A DNA stretch of 64,000 nucleotides, taken from sequence record MK568540.2; one strand, 5' to 3'. Made by a program: the position numbers and the translations under genes. This document shows, one piece after another, positions 43,298-55,195 of this stretch. Within the stretch, counting starts at the first letter, position 1. Every line of letters begins with the position of its first letter. Under the pieces are notes generated by a model. The model was not told where the DNA came from. It saw only the letters and a program-made list of their open reading frames with translations, and did not search any database.

Positions 43298-43798
43298 TTA
43301 GTCCATTGTGAAGTAGTCTAGGCTGAATGTTACTTCAAACGTTTCGATTTCGTTGTTTGAGTCCCAATCAAGCGCAACTTCACCGACCATTGTTGGGAAG
43401 ATACCGAATACAGTTGCTGAAGTAGTCGGGTCGCCATTACGGTCTAATTGCGTGATTGTACCAGTACGCTTGTACTGATCTGGCGTCTCACCTGAAATGT
43501 CTTTACCTAAGCCTACTGCACGAGCTTGCCATGCCAAGATAGCTTTACGAATGTCGTGATTCTCATCATTGTAAACCGTAACGTTCCAATCATCGAAAGT
43601 ACGATCACCTGCGATGTTGTATTTACGGTTCTGATATGAGACCTCAAGCTTTTCAACGCTGCCCGGTGGCATAGAAGAAGCTCGACATTGGAATTTAAAA
43701 TTTTGTCCCAGATACGGAATCTCAACTTCGAACAAGTTTGGACGAGCGAAATCACCGTTACTGAAAGCTCTTTTAATGTTGTCTACATTAAGTGCCAT
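43298..43798 (-). CDS. 19: tail tube protein
   Basis: GDFARPNLFEV, AGDRTFDDW.VT.YND, L.WD.NNE.E.F.VTF..DY. Confidence 0.97.
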   Translation of the reverse strand: MALNVDNIKRAFSNGDFARPNLFEVEIPYLGQNFKFQCRASSMPPGSVEKLEVSYQNRKYNIAGDRTFDDWNVTVYNDENHDIRKAILAWQARAVGLGKDISGETPDQYKRTGTITQLDRNGDPTTSATVFGIFPTMVGEVALDWDSNNEIETFEVTFSLDYFTMD

Positions 43799-43813
43799 TT
43801 TCTCTTACCTTAT

Positions 43814-43839
43814 TATTTAGAGGGGCTAAAAAGCCCCTC
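43814..43839 (-). promoter_or_regulatory. hairpin plus late promoter for gene 19
   Basis: GAGGGGCT/AGCCCCTC hairpin followed by CTAAATA. Confidence 0.6.
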
Positions 43840-43849
43840 GTGATTGCTC

Positions 43850-45865
43850 TTAGCCGATGATTTCTGCAAAGTCAGCGTCAGTTGACGTTGCTACGAAGTT
43901 CAGCGTAATGTAGTTGATTGACTTAGCAGGTTTCACGTAGATACTTGCTACAAACTCGTTTCTGTCGATGACAGACCCTGGGTTGTTTGTCTCATCACAT
44001 ACAACACGGAAATCGTAAATACCGCCTAGATCTTGAATGTTAGTCAAGTAAGCGTCGATTTCCGATTTGAAGCTTGAGCGTGTGAACTCATCGTTCAATT
44101 CGAATAGACGATACTTAGCAGCATCTGAGATCGCTTTCTTCAGCAAGTTGAACAGACGACGCACGTTAATGCGATCAAATGCACTCGCTTGCTGTGTAGC
44201 AGTCTTATCACCGTATAGTACGAAGCCTTGACCTGCAAAGCCCACTACAGGGTTAATACCGATTTGATATAGCGCATCACGGTGAGCACGACGTAGATCA
44301 ACTGCTAGACGGTTTACGCCCTTGATTTGACCACGATTGAAGCCCGCTGGTGACATCCAAGGTTGAGAAACTTGGTCAGTGTAAGCACATAGACCTGCAA
44401 TATCACCCGCTAGAGGAACCCAACGATTGCGATCTGAGTACTTGTCGTACTGATACTTATAGTTACCGTCAACCACTGCATAAGTCGTGCTTACGTTTAG
44501 ATTGTCAGTTACAGGTTGACCGTTAGTCGGGTCGATACCCGTGCGCCAGCCTTGAATATTCGCTACTGCAACATGCGCTTGTTTGTTGATTACGTGAACA
44601 CCCGGTGGCGATACGAAAACAACACAGTCTTGACGTACATTACCAACTGAGTCAATCGCGTATTTCTGAACAGTCGATGCAATTGATAGCTCTTCTGCCG
44701 CAGCATTACCCGCAATGATCAAGTTTGTGTAAAGCACTTCTGGGTCAGATAGCATATCTAGACCAAGCATCCAGTCGTCTGCGCCAGCGTTAGCGTCGTA
44801 ACCACCACTAAGATTGTATGCACCTGAGCCAGTATTCCAACCCTCTGCTATCGCAGTGATGTACGCAGAACCGCTATTTTCAAAGTACTCGTCGATGAAA
44901 ATAGATTGACCGTTCACGTCTTTGTCACCTGGGTTCGTAGAAACGATGAACGCTTCTTCAACTTCACCAGATACGCGAACAATTACAGCGTATTGGTTGC
45001 TGTTTGCAGGGCCGAAAGTGAAGTAACTAGCTAGGTTGATTGAACGAGTACCACCATCTGGGTAGATTGGTAGATCGATGTCACCTAGTGTATGACCAGC
45101 CGCGAATGCAAATGCAGTCTGATAGTCAGCGTAGTTAATCACTTCAACAGAAATGTTGTCACCGTAGCTACCAACATAACGTGCAGCAATACGAGAGAAA
45201 CCTTGCTTCTCGATTAGATCAGCATATTTCAGTGCACCGCCTTCAGTTTCAATCTCTGTTAACGCGCCTGTTGACAATTCGATATTAGGGAAGTATACTG
45301 AACCAGTATCGATAATTTCAATCGCAGAAAGTGCAATATCACCTTGAGTTGGTTGTAGTGTAACTGTACCCACGCCCGGGTAGTTCCCGTCAGCTTTAGC
45401 AGCCGCAACGATCTCTGCCGAAGGCAAGAAAATCTTAGTTGCTGCGTTGTTGTTACCCGCATCTACTTCAAGTACTTTACCTTTTTCAGTAAGCGGACCA
45501 ACACCTGAGTAAGTAATTGTGATTTCATCACCAACAACACAGCCGTTTGATGCACCTAGCGTGTATTCAACAGCGTTGTATAATGCAGTCGCGTTCTGAG
45601 CACTTGACTCATCACAGATACGCACTAGACGTAGATCGTTACCATACTTCAAGAAGTTGTTCGCAGTCATGAATGATGCTGCGGTATAGTCGTTTGGACG
45701 ACCGAAAATAGTAACCAAGTCGGACTCTGAAGTTACTTGAGTGATGCTGTATGCTGGACCCCACTCAAATTTCCCCACCATAGCAGCACGCCCTGTAGAC
45801 GCACGACCGATAGCACTTGCAAGGTTAATCTCTTTATTTTCGACACCCGGAGATAAAAGAGTCAT
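43850..45865 (-). CDS. 18: tail sheath protein
   Basis: MTLLSPGVE.KE, GKFEWGPA, PWMSPAG, DRINVRRLF, NN....IDRNEFVA. Confidence 0.99.
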   Translation of the reverse strand: MTLLSPGVENKEINLASAIGRASTGRAAMVGKFEWGPAYSITQVTSESDLVTIFGRPNDYTAASFMTANNFLKYGNDLRLVRICDESSAQNATALYNAVEYTLGASNGCVVGDEITITYSGVGPLTEKGKVLEVDAGNNNAATKIFLPSAEIVAAAKADGNYPGVGTVTLQPTQGDIALSAIEIIDTGSVYFPNIELSTGALTEIETEGGALKYADLIEKQGFSRIAARYVGSYGDNISVEVINYADYQTAFAFAAGHTLGDIDLPIYPDGGTRSINLASYFTFGPANSNQYAVIVRVSGEVEEAFIVSTNPGDKDVNGQSIFIDEYFENSGSAYITAIAEGWNTGSGAYNLSGGYDANAGADDWMLGLDMLSDPEVLYTNLIIAGNAAAEELSIASTVQKYAIDSVGNVRQDCVVFVSPPGVHVINKQAHVAVANIQGWRTGIDPTNGQPVTDNLNVSTTYAVVDGNYKYQYDKYSDRNRWVPLAGDIAGLCAYTDQVSQPWMSPAGFNRGQIKGVNRLAVDLRRAHRDALYQIGINPVVGFAGQGFVLYGDKTATQQASAFDRINVRRLFNLLKKAISDAAKYRLFELNDEFTRSSFKSEIDAYLTNIQDLGGIYDFRVVCDETNNPGSVIDRNEFVASIYVKPAKSINYITLNFVATSTDADFAEIIG

Positions 45866-45902
45866 TTATTTTTCCTTACCATTAAGTTGTTTGTTCATTT
45901 AA

Positions 45903-45910
45903 TATTTATA
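45903..45910 (-). promoter_or_regulatory. late promoter for gene 18
   Basis: Perfect TATAAATA. Confidence 0.75.
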
Positions 45911-45911
45911 A

Positions 45912-48222
<2,311 letters not shown>

Positions 48223-48332
48223 ACGTTCCTCTCTAAAACGCTCTGTGAGCGTTTTTCAATAATATGAGTACAAACACTCAATACAATAGACAAACGCTGC
48301 GTACGTTAAGCACACAGCGATATAAACAGGCA

Positions 48333-48881
48333 TTAAGCGTCAGTGTCTCCACGAACAGTAATAGTTGCAGTTTCTAATGCTGCCGCTGCACCTGCATTGA
48401 TAGTACGCCTAACCCAAATTGCTCGATATTCACCTGCCGCTAAATTACCGATATCAAGACCTGATTCGAATGTCGAATGTTCACCGAATACAACCGCTGA
48501 CAATTCAGTACCTGAATCAACTTCGTCATTTAGAGTGATAAGCGAATCAACGCCGTTAAGCGCCACTGGGTCTAGACCTAGCTCGATAGTAGAATCTGCC
48601 GATGCTGTATTGGCAGACATATACACCATTGCATCATACAAAGTTAGCGATGGGTGGTTATTTTTGACGTAAATTAAGCGATACTCAACACGACCTGAAG
48701 AAGCTTCAGATGAAGGTACCGCATCGAAAAGATCATGAACTTGACCTGAAACTAGCTCGGTAGCACTGATACCACCACCCAGTGAATCAACTTCTTGATC
48801 GTTTGTGTTGCCGTTTCCCGGCGAAGCCGCAACTACGTGCAGACTTTTATTAAATCTTAAATCACCTGTTACGATAGGCAT
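48333..48881 (-). CDS. hypothetical virion structural protein
   Basis: LFD.V...EA..G.VEYR.IYV.N, G.L.AGEYRAIWVRRT; own late promoter; between genes 15 and 16. Confidence 0.7.
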   Translation of the reverse strand: MPIVTGDLRFNKSLHVVAASPGNGNTNDQEVDSLGGGISATELVSGQVHDLFDAVPSSEASSGRVEYRLIYVKNNHPSLTLYDAMVYMSANTASADSTIELGLDPVALNGVDSLITLNDEVDSGTELSAVVFGEHSTFESGLDIGNLAAGEYRAIWVRRTINAGAAAALETATITVRGDTDA

Positions 48882-48906
48882 GATTTCTCTCCAAAAAGAT
48901 AAGGAC

Positions 48907-48927
48907 GGTCTTCATATTTAGAAGACC
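48907..48927 (-). promoter_or_regulatory. late promoter in a palindrome loop
   Basis: GGTCTTC-TAAATAT-GAAGACC. Confidence 0.6.
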
Positions 48928-48933
48928 ACCATA

Positions 48934-49995
48934 TTAGTTTTCAATGTTGTACGTCACGTCAGTAGAGCTAATGACAGATTCACGAGAATGATCCCAAACT
49001 ACACCGTACGAGGCGCCCACTTCATCTCTGTTATACCAGTAGATGTTATAATCGCTATCAATTGTAGAGCGAGTAGACCAATCAAATTCACTCGATGCGC
49101 TCACTGAACTATATGTCGAATACTCAACATCAATATTACCGCTCGTGCTGAATCGTCTCGACCAATCAACATCAAGGTCGCTACTTATATCACTACGTAT
49201 ATTCCAATCAACATCGTATGATGATTCGATTCTATATCGCCAGCTAATTGAACTAGCAGCATCGACTTGAGAACGAACGCTCCAATCAATGTCACATGAA
49301 CTAGAAACAGCTTCACGTTCTGCATGAATGATTGATTGCTCTTCGTCTTGGAAGTTCAAGTAAATCGTTCTAATCTCACCGAACTGAGCATTTGTAGGTG
49401 GGTATAACCAACCTTTAAGACGCAAGTTCAATGTCCATTCGATATGTCGCATATCGCCAGCCGCGCCTTCAAATGTCGCTTCGGGTACGGCTGATTCTAA
49501 TATAATAGGAATATCACGCTCATCTACTACAACCTCATTTTCATCAAGCTCTTTAATCATAGTGTTAAATTGCGGTTGAAAATAAGGAAGTATTTGTTCT
49601 ATAATTTGAAATGCATCATCTTGATGACGTGTATAAACACTGACTTCAAATTCAAAGTCGTAAGGGACTGAGTTAAAGAGCTTATTCGATTTAGGTCGAT
49701 CACCCGTATAATCACGTGTCAGCTTACGGTTTGAAACGTTAGTTTTTCTCGTCGCGTCATAAGTACACGACACCATGTCCAAGCCAATTCTTGGTAGCAG
49801 CGTAGCTACATTCGCTACGCTACCGTCGCCGTTAAGCTCTTGACTATTCAAAGATGCAACGAATTGCTCCTTTGAAGAAACTGTAATTGGCACCTTTCTA
49901 TACGTATCTCCGCGAGATACGTATATGTTAGAGAACAAGTTTCCCATCAAGAGAACGTATTTGCGTATCGATCTGTGATAGAAATACCCTTTCAC
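48934..49995 (-). CDS. 15: tail sheath stabiliser / tail terminator with C-terminal repeat extension
   Basis: YFYH.SIR.Y..L.G.LF, R.QDD.FQI.EQILPYFQP; about nine 14-aa repeats at the C-terminus. Confidence 0.95.
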   Translation of the reverse strand: MKGYFYHRSIRKYVLLMGNLFSNIYVSRGDTYRKVPITVSSKEQFVASLNSQELNGDGSVANVATLLPRIGLDMVSCTYDATRKTNVSNRKLTRDYTGDRPKSNKLFNSVPYDFEFEVSVYTRHQDDAFQIIEQILPYFQPQFNTMIKELDENEVVVDERDIPIILESAVPEATFEGAAGDMRHIEWTLNLRLKGWLYPPTNAQFGEIRTIYLNFQDEEQSIIHAEREAVSSSCDIDWSVRSQVDAASSISWRYRIESSYDVDWNIRSDISSDLDVDWSRRFSTSGNIDVEYSTYSSVSASSEFDWSTRSTIDSDYNIYWYNRDEVGASYGVVWDHSRESVISSTDVTYNIEN

Positions 49996-50004
49996 GATGC
50001 CCCC

Positions 50005-50844
50005 TTAAAAACTGTCAAATGGATTACTGTTATTTACGCTAAACCCAACTGGTGCTTCTTGACGTGGGTCTGTTGGTTTAACATCACTACCCTGAGGCAC
50101 AACTTGCTCAGATTCGTAGTATTTTTCAACTTCATCTTCGATTTGAGTAATTTCATCACCCTGCTCGATTCCGATGTCCCAACGACCATCAAGTGAATTG
50201 ATTTTGTCAATATCAATCATTTCGTCAGTATCTTGACCAAAGTTTAAAATGTCGTCAATCGAGTCAACAACTGCGTCTGGCTTCTCAAGATTGATTTCCT
50301 CACCAGAGTATACGAATTTCGTCATTTTCATCTTACGCATAGGCAAAACACCATTCATATACCACGGGTCTTCTCTTTCAACCCAACTAATCTCAAATAG
50401 ACTGTTAGCAAGAGGGAAATATATCAAGTCACCCATTAGCGGTTGATTGCCATCTCCTTGTTGAGCGAACAGTTTTGGGTTGATACAGACATTCATTTCA
50501 TCGTTAACTTGAAAGCCGAACTTACTATACCAATCGCCGTCGCCATCCCAGCCGTCAAATGATTCAACATACAACGCCATTCTGAAGTTCTTTGTAAATT
50601 TACTCAACGGATCTTCGCCGAATACAAGGTCGACGTTTTGCATTTCACGTCGAATGTAAACACATTCAACGCCACGGTTGATGATAGACTCTGCAACAAG
50701 CATGTCTGTTAAATTCTGTTCGTTGGTATGATTTACCCAGTTGAAATAAGGGTTGACTAAATGATCATTGTAGATCTTGTCAAACCCTTTTTGACTTTCC
50801 AACTTAGCGAACATACCACCTGTATTGTCGTCGTATGCTCCCAT
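50005..50844 (-). CDS. 14: neck protein
   Basis: NPYFN, EQ.L...LVAESI...G....Y, GDLIYFP....LFEI.WVE..DPWY. Confidence 0.95.
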   Translation of the reverse strand: MGAYDDNTGGMFAKLESQKGFDKIYNDHLVNPYFNWVNHTNEQNLTDMLVAESIINRGVECVYIRREMQNVDLVFGEDPLSKFTKNFRMALYVESFDGWDGDGDWYSKFGFQVNDEMNVCINPKLFAQQGDGNQPLMGDLIYFPLANSLFEISWVEREDPWYMNGVLPMRKMKMTKFVYSGEEINLEKPDAVVDSIDDILNFGQDTDEMIDIDKINSLDGRWDIGIEQGDEITQIEDEVEKYYESEQVVPQGSDVKPTDPRQEAPVGFSVNNSNPFDSF

Positions 50845-50847
50845 AAA

Positions 50848-51777
50848 TCACCCCATGAATACGCCAAGCGGAACGGTCAGTGACATAAGTTCTTCACGCA
50901 AGCGATTCATTTCTTCTTCTGCCTCTGCGTAAATCTCTTTACCGTCTACTGTAATACCACCTGGTAATTGAAGCCCTTGGTGCTTCTTCAGAATCGTACC
51001 GTTAAGCTGTTTAACCATAGCAGTAGCCATGTCTTTAACCCAACGCACCGAATATGCGTTCTGTTCAGCGAACTGGTTAGGGTTACCGATTGTGTTATTC
51101 TGTCTTAGAATCGCATACGGGTCATCCCAACGCTCTTGCGCTGTAGTGTCTTCATATGAACCAATTGTTGCTGCTTTGTTACCGATGATACCAGTCGCAG
51201 ATTCAGAAACTAACAATGCACTAGGAACATATGCTTCGACTACAACAACTTCATTCGGTTGCAAATTGGCATTGATGCGCAATTGTTTGTTAACACCATT
51301 ATACCAGTAATCGTGTTCTGGTGACATTAAGTCCATCATCAAACTTTTGTATGACATCAAGTTCCAATAATCACTTAAACCGCCACCACTACCACCTAAC
51401 ATACCTTGATGATACGAATTGCATGAACCTTGTCCTGCACCGCCCGCGAGACCTTGTAAAAAGTCGCTGAACCATGAGTATGTCGCAGTCCCGTCCATTG
51501 TGAAGAAGCTACTCTCACCGCGCAAAATTTTTGTGATCGCAGTCGCAGGGATATCAAGATCTATGATACCTGTTTGAGCTTGTTCTTCAGACAATGAAAT
51601 GATAGAATATGTTTTGTTCACCCCGTCTGGGTGATATTCAATGTAAAGTTCTAGCGCACGTGAAATGCAGTCGTATATCTGATCTTCAGATACTTCGACA
51701 TTGACAATAGGCGCACCAAGGCGCCTTAAAATCAAATCTTTCATTTCACGAGGCGATGTAGCGTTATACGCTTGCAT
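50848..51777 (-). CDS. 13: neck protein
   Basis: LRRLGAP..NVEV...QI.DCI.RALE, WVK..ATA.VK, L.K..G..LPGG.T.DG. Confidence 0.96.
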   Translation of the reverse strand: MQAYNATSPREMKDLILRRLGAPIVNVEVSEDQIYDCISRALELYIEYHPDGVNKTYSIISLSEEQAQTGIIDLDIPATAITKILRGESSFFTMDGTATYSWFSDFLQGLAGGAGQGSCNSYHQGMLGGSGGGLSDYWNLMSYKSLMMDLMSPEHDYWYNGVNKQLRINANLQPNEVVVVEAYVPSALLVSESATGIIGNKAATIGSYEDTTAQERWDDPYAILRQNNTIGNPNQFAEQNAYSVRWVKDMATAMVKQLNGTILKKHQGLQLPGGITVDGKEIYAEAEEEMNRLREELMSLTVPLGVFMG

Positions 51778-51787
51778 AACTTACCCC

Positions 51788-53470
51788 TTATACTTTTAGT
51801 ACAAATGATTCATGGTCGATAGTAACATTAGCCGCTGTACTAGCCAATACTCGAATCTCACTCAAGTCATCTAGATTCGCAACGTTAGTGATTGTAACTG
51901 GAGTAACTTGGTTTGCACGAAGCGTACGTGTTTTCTCGATTGATGAGCTTGTGCCGTTATCATGATCGAAATCAATTCGAATCGTGATTGTAGTGTTTAC
52001 TGGTGAAACAACAACCCAATGAATAGACATCGTTTTGCTCAATGATAGACCGTTACGTGTCAATACACCACCTGCATACGTGTAACCACTCACATCTGTC
52101 TCAAGATTAAATAAACTGAATACATCTGTAGGTGTAGTTGTCAAATCAACTGTACTCGGAGTATCAGAAGACAATAATGCATGATCCAACTGTGCTTCAA
52201 GTTCCAGAACACGAGCACGCAATGTACCCACTTCGCTATCACTCTGACCAACTACAGCCAATAGACCGTCAACGTCTGCCTGAGCAGATTCAACTAAGCC
52301 ACGGTTTTCTTGAATCGTGTACCATGCAGTGAATTCAACAGGGTTTGTACGCTCACCTAGACTAGACTCAAGCTGTGACACTCTGTAAGACACTGTGCCA
52401 GTTTCTGCGTCAGTAGCCCCTAAACGACCCCACAAGCTATTGATATCGTCGTTAAACGTCGATAGACGAGCTTTCATGCTACCCGAGTACACGTCATCTA
52501 CTGCGTATGAACCGATATCAGTTGACATTTCAATAAATAAATTAGTAACGGAGCCAATTTGTGACTGATTATCTGCAATTGTAACTTCATTCGCGCTAAC
52601 GCGATCAAGTAGACCTGTAGTCGGCGTTTCAACTTCCTGTTGTAATAATGCAATATCTGATGCGTTGTCTGAAATAGAACTTTCAGCATCATCAAGACGA
52701 AGATACACTGGACGACCAGAGTCAGCATCTGCCGTTTCACCTAGTTCATCACGAATCTGATCAACAGAACCAACTTGCGAGTTTTGTTCTAGTTCGTATA
52801 AACGACCGTTGATTGAAAGCGGGATTGCGTTCTCGCCAATTTCAGCGTTGATCGTAGCTGTTTTGTTGTACAGGTCTTCGATCTGATATTTCATACCAGT
52901 CGGGTTTGTACTAGGAGATGGGTTGCCGTTGACATCGTAGTTACGGTCATTACCAATACGACGCTTGATGAAATATAGATCTTTACGAACTGTATCGTTG
53001 TTTTCAACTTCGTTTGGAATATCTAGGCTGTTACGAACACCAATATCTGCTTCAACATCTTCGATGCCTTTATGCAGACCTGTTGCAAGTACGTCAACGC
53101 TACTCGGTACACCGATGTCATCAATGACGTTAGTCATTTGACCTTCAAGTACATCAATATCAAACTCGTTTTGTGACACACGAGAACCTAAGTTAGCGTC
53201 ACCGCCACCTGTCAGTTCGTTAACAGTATCAACAAGTTCTTCAATTGCGCTTTGCTGTGCTTTTGTGTTGTAATGAGAGTTTAGAACGTTTTCTTGAATC
53301 TGTACTCCTGCGCGGTTTAATACACCGTCTGAAGTCGTGTCACCAGAAGCACCGTTGATGCTTTCACCGTTCTTAGCCCAATTGATTCGAGTCTGATCGG
53401 GACGTTGAGAAGGATCTGGTTGACCATTTACATATCTAAGCTCTTCAATGATAGGCTTTTGAATTGTCAT
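51788..53470 (-). CDS. wac: fibritin (whiskers)
   Basis: Y.NG.P...Q.RI.W.KNGE...GA...G.LNR N-terminus, long coiled coil; start at MTIQKP; no C-terminal foldon. Confidence 0.9.
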   Translation of the reverse strand: MTIQKPIIEELRYVNGQPDPSQRPDQTRINWAKNGESINGASGDTTSDGVLNRAGVQIQENVLNSHYNTKAQQSAIEELVDTVNELTGGGDANLGSRVSQNEFDIDVLEGQMTNVIDDIGVPSSVDVLATGLHKGIEDVEADIGVRNSLDIPNEVENNDTVRKDLYFIKRRIGNDRNYDVNGNPSPSTNPTGMKYQIEDLYNKTATINAEIGENAIPLSINGRLYELEQNSQVGSVDQIRDELGETADADSGRPVYLRLDDAESSISDNASDIALLQQEVETPTTGLLDRVSANEVTIADNQSQIGSVTNLFIEMSTDIGSYAVDDVYSGSMKARLSTFNDDINSLWGRLGATDAETGTVSYRVSQLESSLGERTNPVEFTAWYTIQENRGLVESAQADVDGLLAVVGQSDSEVGTLRARVLELEAQLDHALLSSDTPSTVDLTTTPTDVFSLFNLETDVSGYTYAGGVLTRNGLSLSKTMSIHWVVVSPVNTTITIRIDFDHDNGTSSSIEKTRTLRANQVTPVTITNVANLDDLSEIRVLASTAANVTIDHESFVLKV

Positions 53471-53510
53471 TTTTTGTTCCCTTGTATTGTAAATGAACAT
53501 AGCTTACTAC

Positions 53511-53518
53511 TATTTATA
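53511..53518 (-). promoter_or_regulatory. late promoter for wac
   Basis: Perfect TATAAATA. Confidence 0.75.
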
Positions 53519-53609
53519 GCAATACAAAGAAACAGAGAGGGAATGTCTTTATGTGTTAATAATAGCAAGCATATTCATGGTATTAAACACGTATTTAATA
53601 CTAATCATA

Positions 53610-53675
53610 CTAATACTTCTAATATCACTAAAACCACTAATACTACTAAGATGAGACGGAATTTTTCCGCCTCTT
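53610..53675 (-). repeat. 66-bp dispersed repeat, copy 2
   Basis: Exact reverse complement of 25745-25810; TTAG period continues toward 53590. Confidence 0.95.
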
Positions 53676-53699
53676 GCCATTTCTTCGCTGCGCTAATAC

Positions 53700-53727
53700 A
53701 AAAAAGGGTGAGAAATCAATCTCACCC
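53700..53727 (-). terminator. intrinsic terminator after gene 12
   Basis: GGGTGAGA-TTGATT-TCTCACCC-TTTTTT. Confidence 0.88.
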
Positions 53728-53767
53728 GTTTATTAGCATTGACTTTCAAGCTATAATATGCTTGTCT

Positions 53768-55195
53768 TTATGCAGTTCTTTCCCACATGTAAACAGTATA
53801 GTATGGCTGTACGTTATTATGTGGTTGACCACCACCTTCTGGTGATGAGTAATACAAGTAGTTGTCGTTATCAGTGCGACCTGAACCTGGGTTGCTTCTA
53901 CCATATTCGTATGCAACTCCAAACCCTAGTCCGTTGCCACCGTAAGTCCAACGATCACCCCAACCCGCGTGTTTGTGAGTTGGCATTGTTTCTTCAGTTA
54001 AGATAACTTCGTATTCACCACCTGTTTGTCTTACGTTGAATGTTCTACCCCCATGTGTACCTTCAGATACAAGCACGCGACCTTCTGCAATTCTAGACCA
54101 TGTTCCGCCGAATAGCGTAGCTGGTGATGTAGATTCAAGTGACATGTAAATAGCACCAACAGGGTACATATTCAACATAGCTGATGATTCAATCAGACCA
54201 TTTGTCATTAACTGAGTACCACTTACAGATTGAACATCGTCGATTTTCAATGTACCAGTTACTGTCCCGCCTGAAACCCCAATCTTTTCATTATTCAACT
54301 TATAACCCATTGCAGCACTTAGTGCTTGAGTCGCGTCGTTTGTTGTTAGATTGTTTGCAAGTTTCGCAACACCAACACGTGAGCTAGTCGCAGTGAATAA
54401 ATCTAATGTACCGACTGTGACTGCATGGTCATTAGATGTACGCGCATTTGCAACTGTTGAGTTCGGTAGATAGAAACCTGCCTTTCTCGTAGTTGTCGCT
54501 GTGCGTTCATTGAATCGATACGGTGAAATTGCTAGATTGTTTTCTGATGCTGATGTGCTGTTTACTTCAGTTGCATTTGCTAATCGAATCAACCCTTTCG
54601 TCGTTTCTGTAGCATCTGATGCGGTAGTATTCGCCCACACGTCAAGCATTTCCTTAACTCGCTGTGGGGTCATAGCCACACTATTAGACAATGTGCCTGT
54701 TGTCGTTGCTTGTGCATATGTCGCTAGCCGTACAGCACCCGGCGAAGATTCAGTTGCATAGAAACGAGTATTCAACGCGTAGTTCAATGTTTTAAGCGTG
54801 AATGCATGTTTCTGTGCTTCTTCTACTGCGGATGTCGGGTCAATGTTATCAATCGTGCTGTTTGTAATCAGCTTCACAAAACCGTATTGAAGTTCTGTTG
54901 CAGTCGCGTGATTTTCCATCCAATAATTTAATGCAGATGGTGTCACCGCGCTTGTGTTATTAAGCTCATCTGCGACTGCTGCATTATCACTTAACAATGT
55001 AATACCCGCGACAGATGTTGATGCTATAGGGTAATCGGGTAATGGTTGAAGTGCATGAGCTTGTACAAGCTCAAGACACGTTTGGAGATCGTTATTACCC
55101 CCAGTAAGACCATCAAAGGAAGTACCTTCGACTTCAACTGTAACCGTACCCGCATCGTCAATCACGTGATTGAAAATTTGAGTTCCTTTGCTCAT
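53768..55195 (-). CDS. 12: short tail fibre
   Basis: ATE...G...LAT repeats, YPVGAIYMS collar domain, MPTHKH metal site, HNNVQPY..VY.W.RT. Confidence 0.85.
   Translation of the reverse strand: MSKGTQIFNHVIDDAGTVTVEVEGTSFDGLTGGNNDLQTCLELVQAHALQPLPDYPIASTSVAGITLLSDNAAVADELNNTSAVTPSALNYWMENHATATELQYGFVKLITNSTIDNIDPTSAVEEAQKHAFTLKTLNYALNTRFYATESSPGAVRLATYAQATTTGTLSNSVAMTPQRVKEMLDVWANTTASDATETTKGLIRLANATEVNSTSASENNLAISPYRFNERTATTTRKAGFYLPNSTVANARTSNDHAVTVGTLDLFTATSSRVGVAKLANNLTTNDATQALSAAMGYKLNNEKIGVSGGTVTGTLKIDDVQSVSGTQLMTNGLIESSAMLNMYPVGAIYMSLESTSPATLFGGTWSRIAEGRVLVSEGTHGGRTFNVRQTGGEYEVILTEETMPTHKHAGWGDRWTYGGNGLGFGVAYEYGRSNPGSGRTDNDNYLYYSSPEGGGQPHNNVQPYYTVYMWERTA

Noticed and set aside
53405-53845. 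146-aa plus-strand ORF spanning the wac/gene 12 spacer, including TNHTNTSNITKTTNTTK
   Set aside because: It is a translation by-product of the 9-nt periodic repeat (a multiple of 3), crosses a terminator and overlaps two genes antisense; the equivalent frame at copy 1 is not supported
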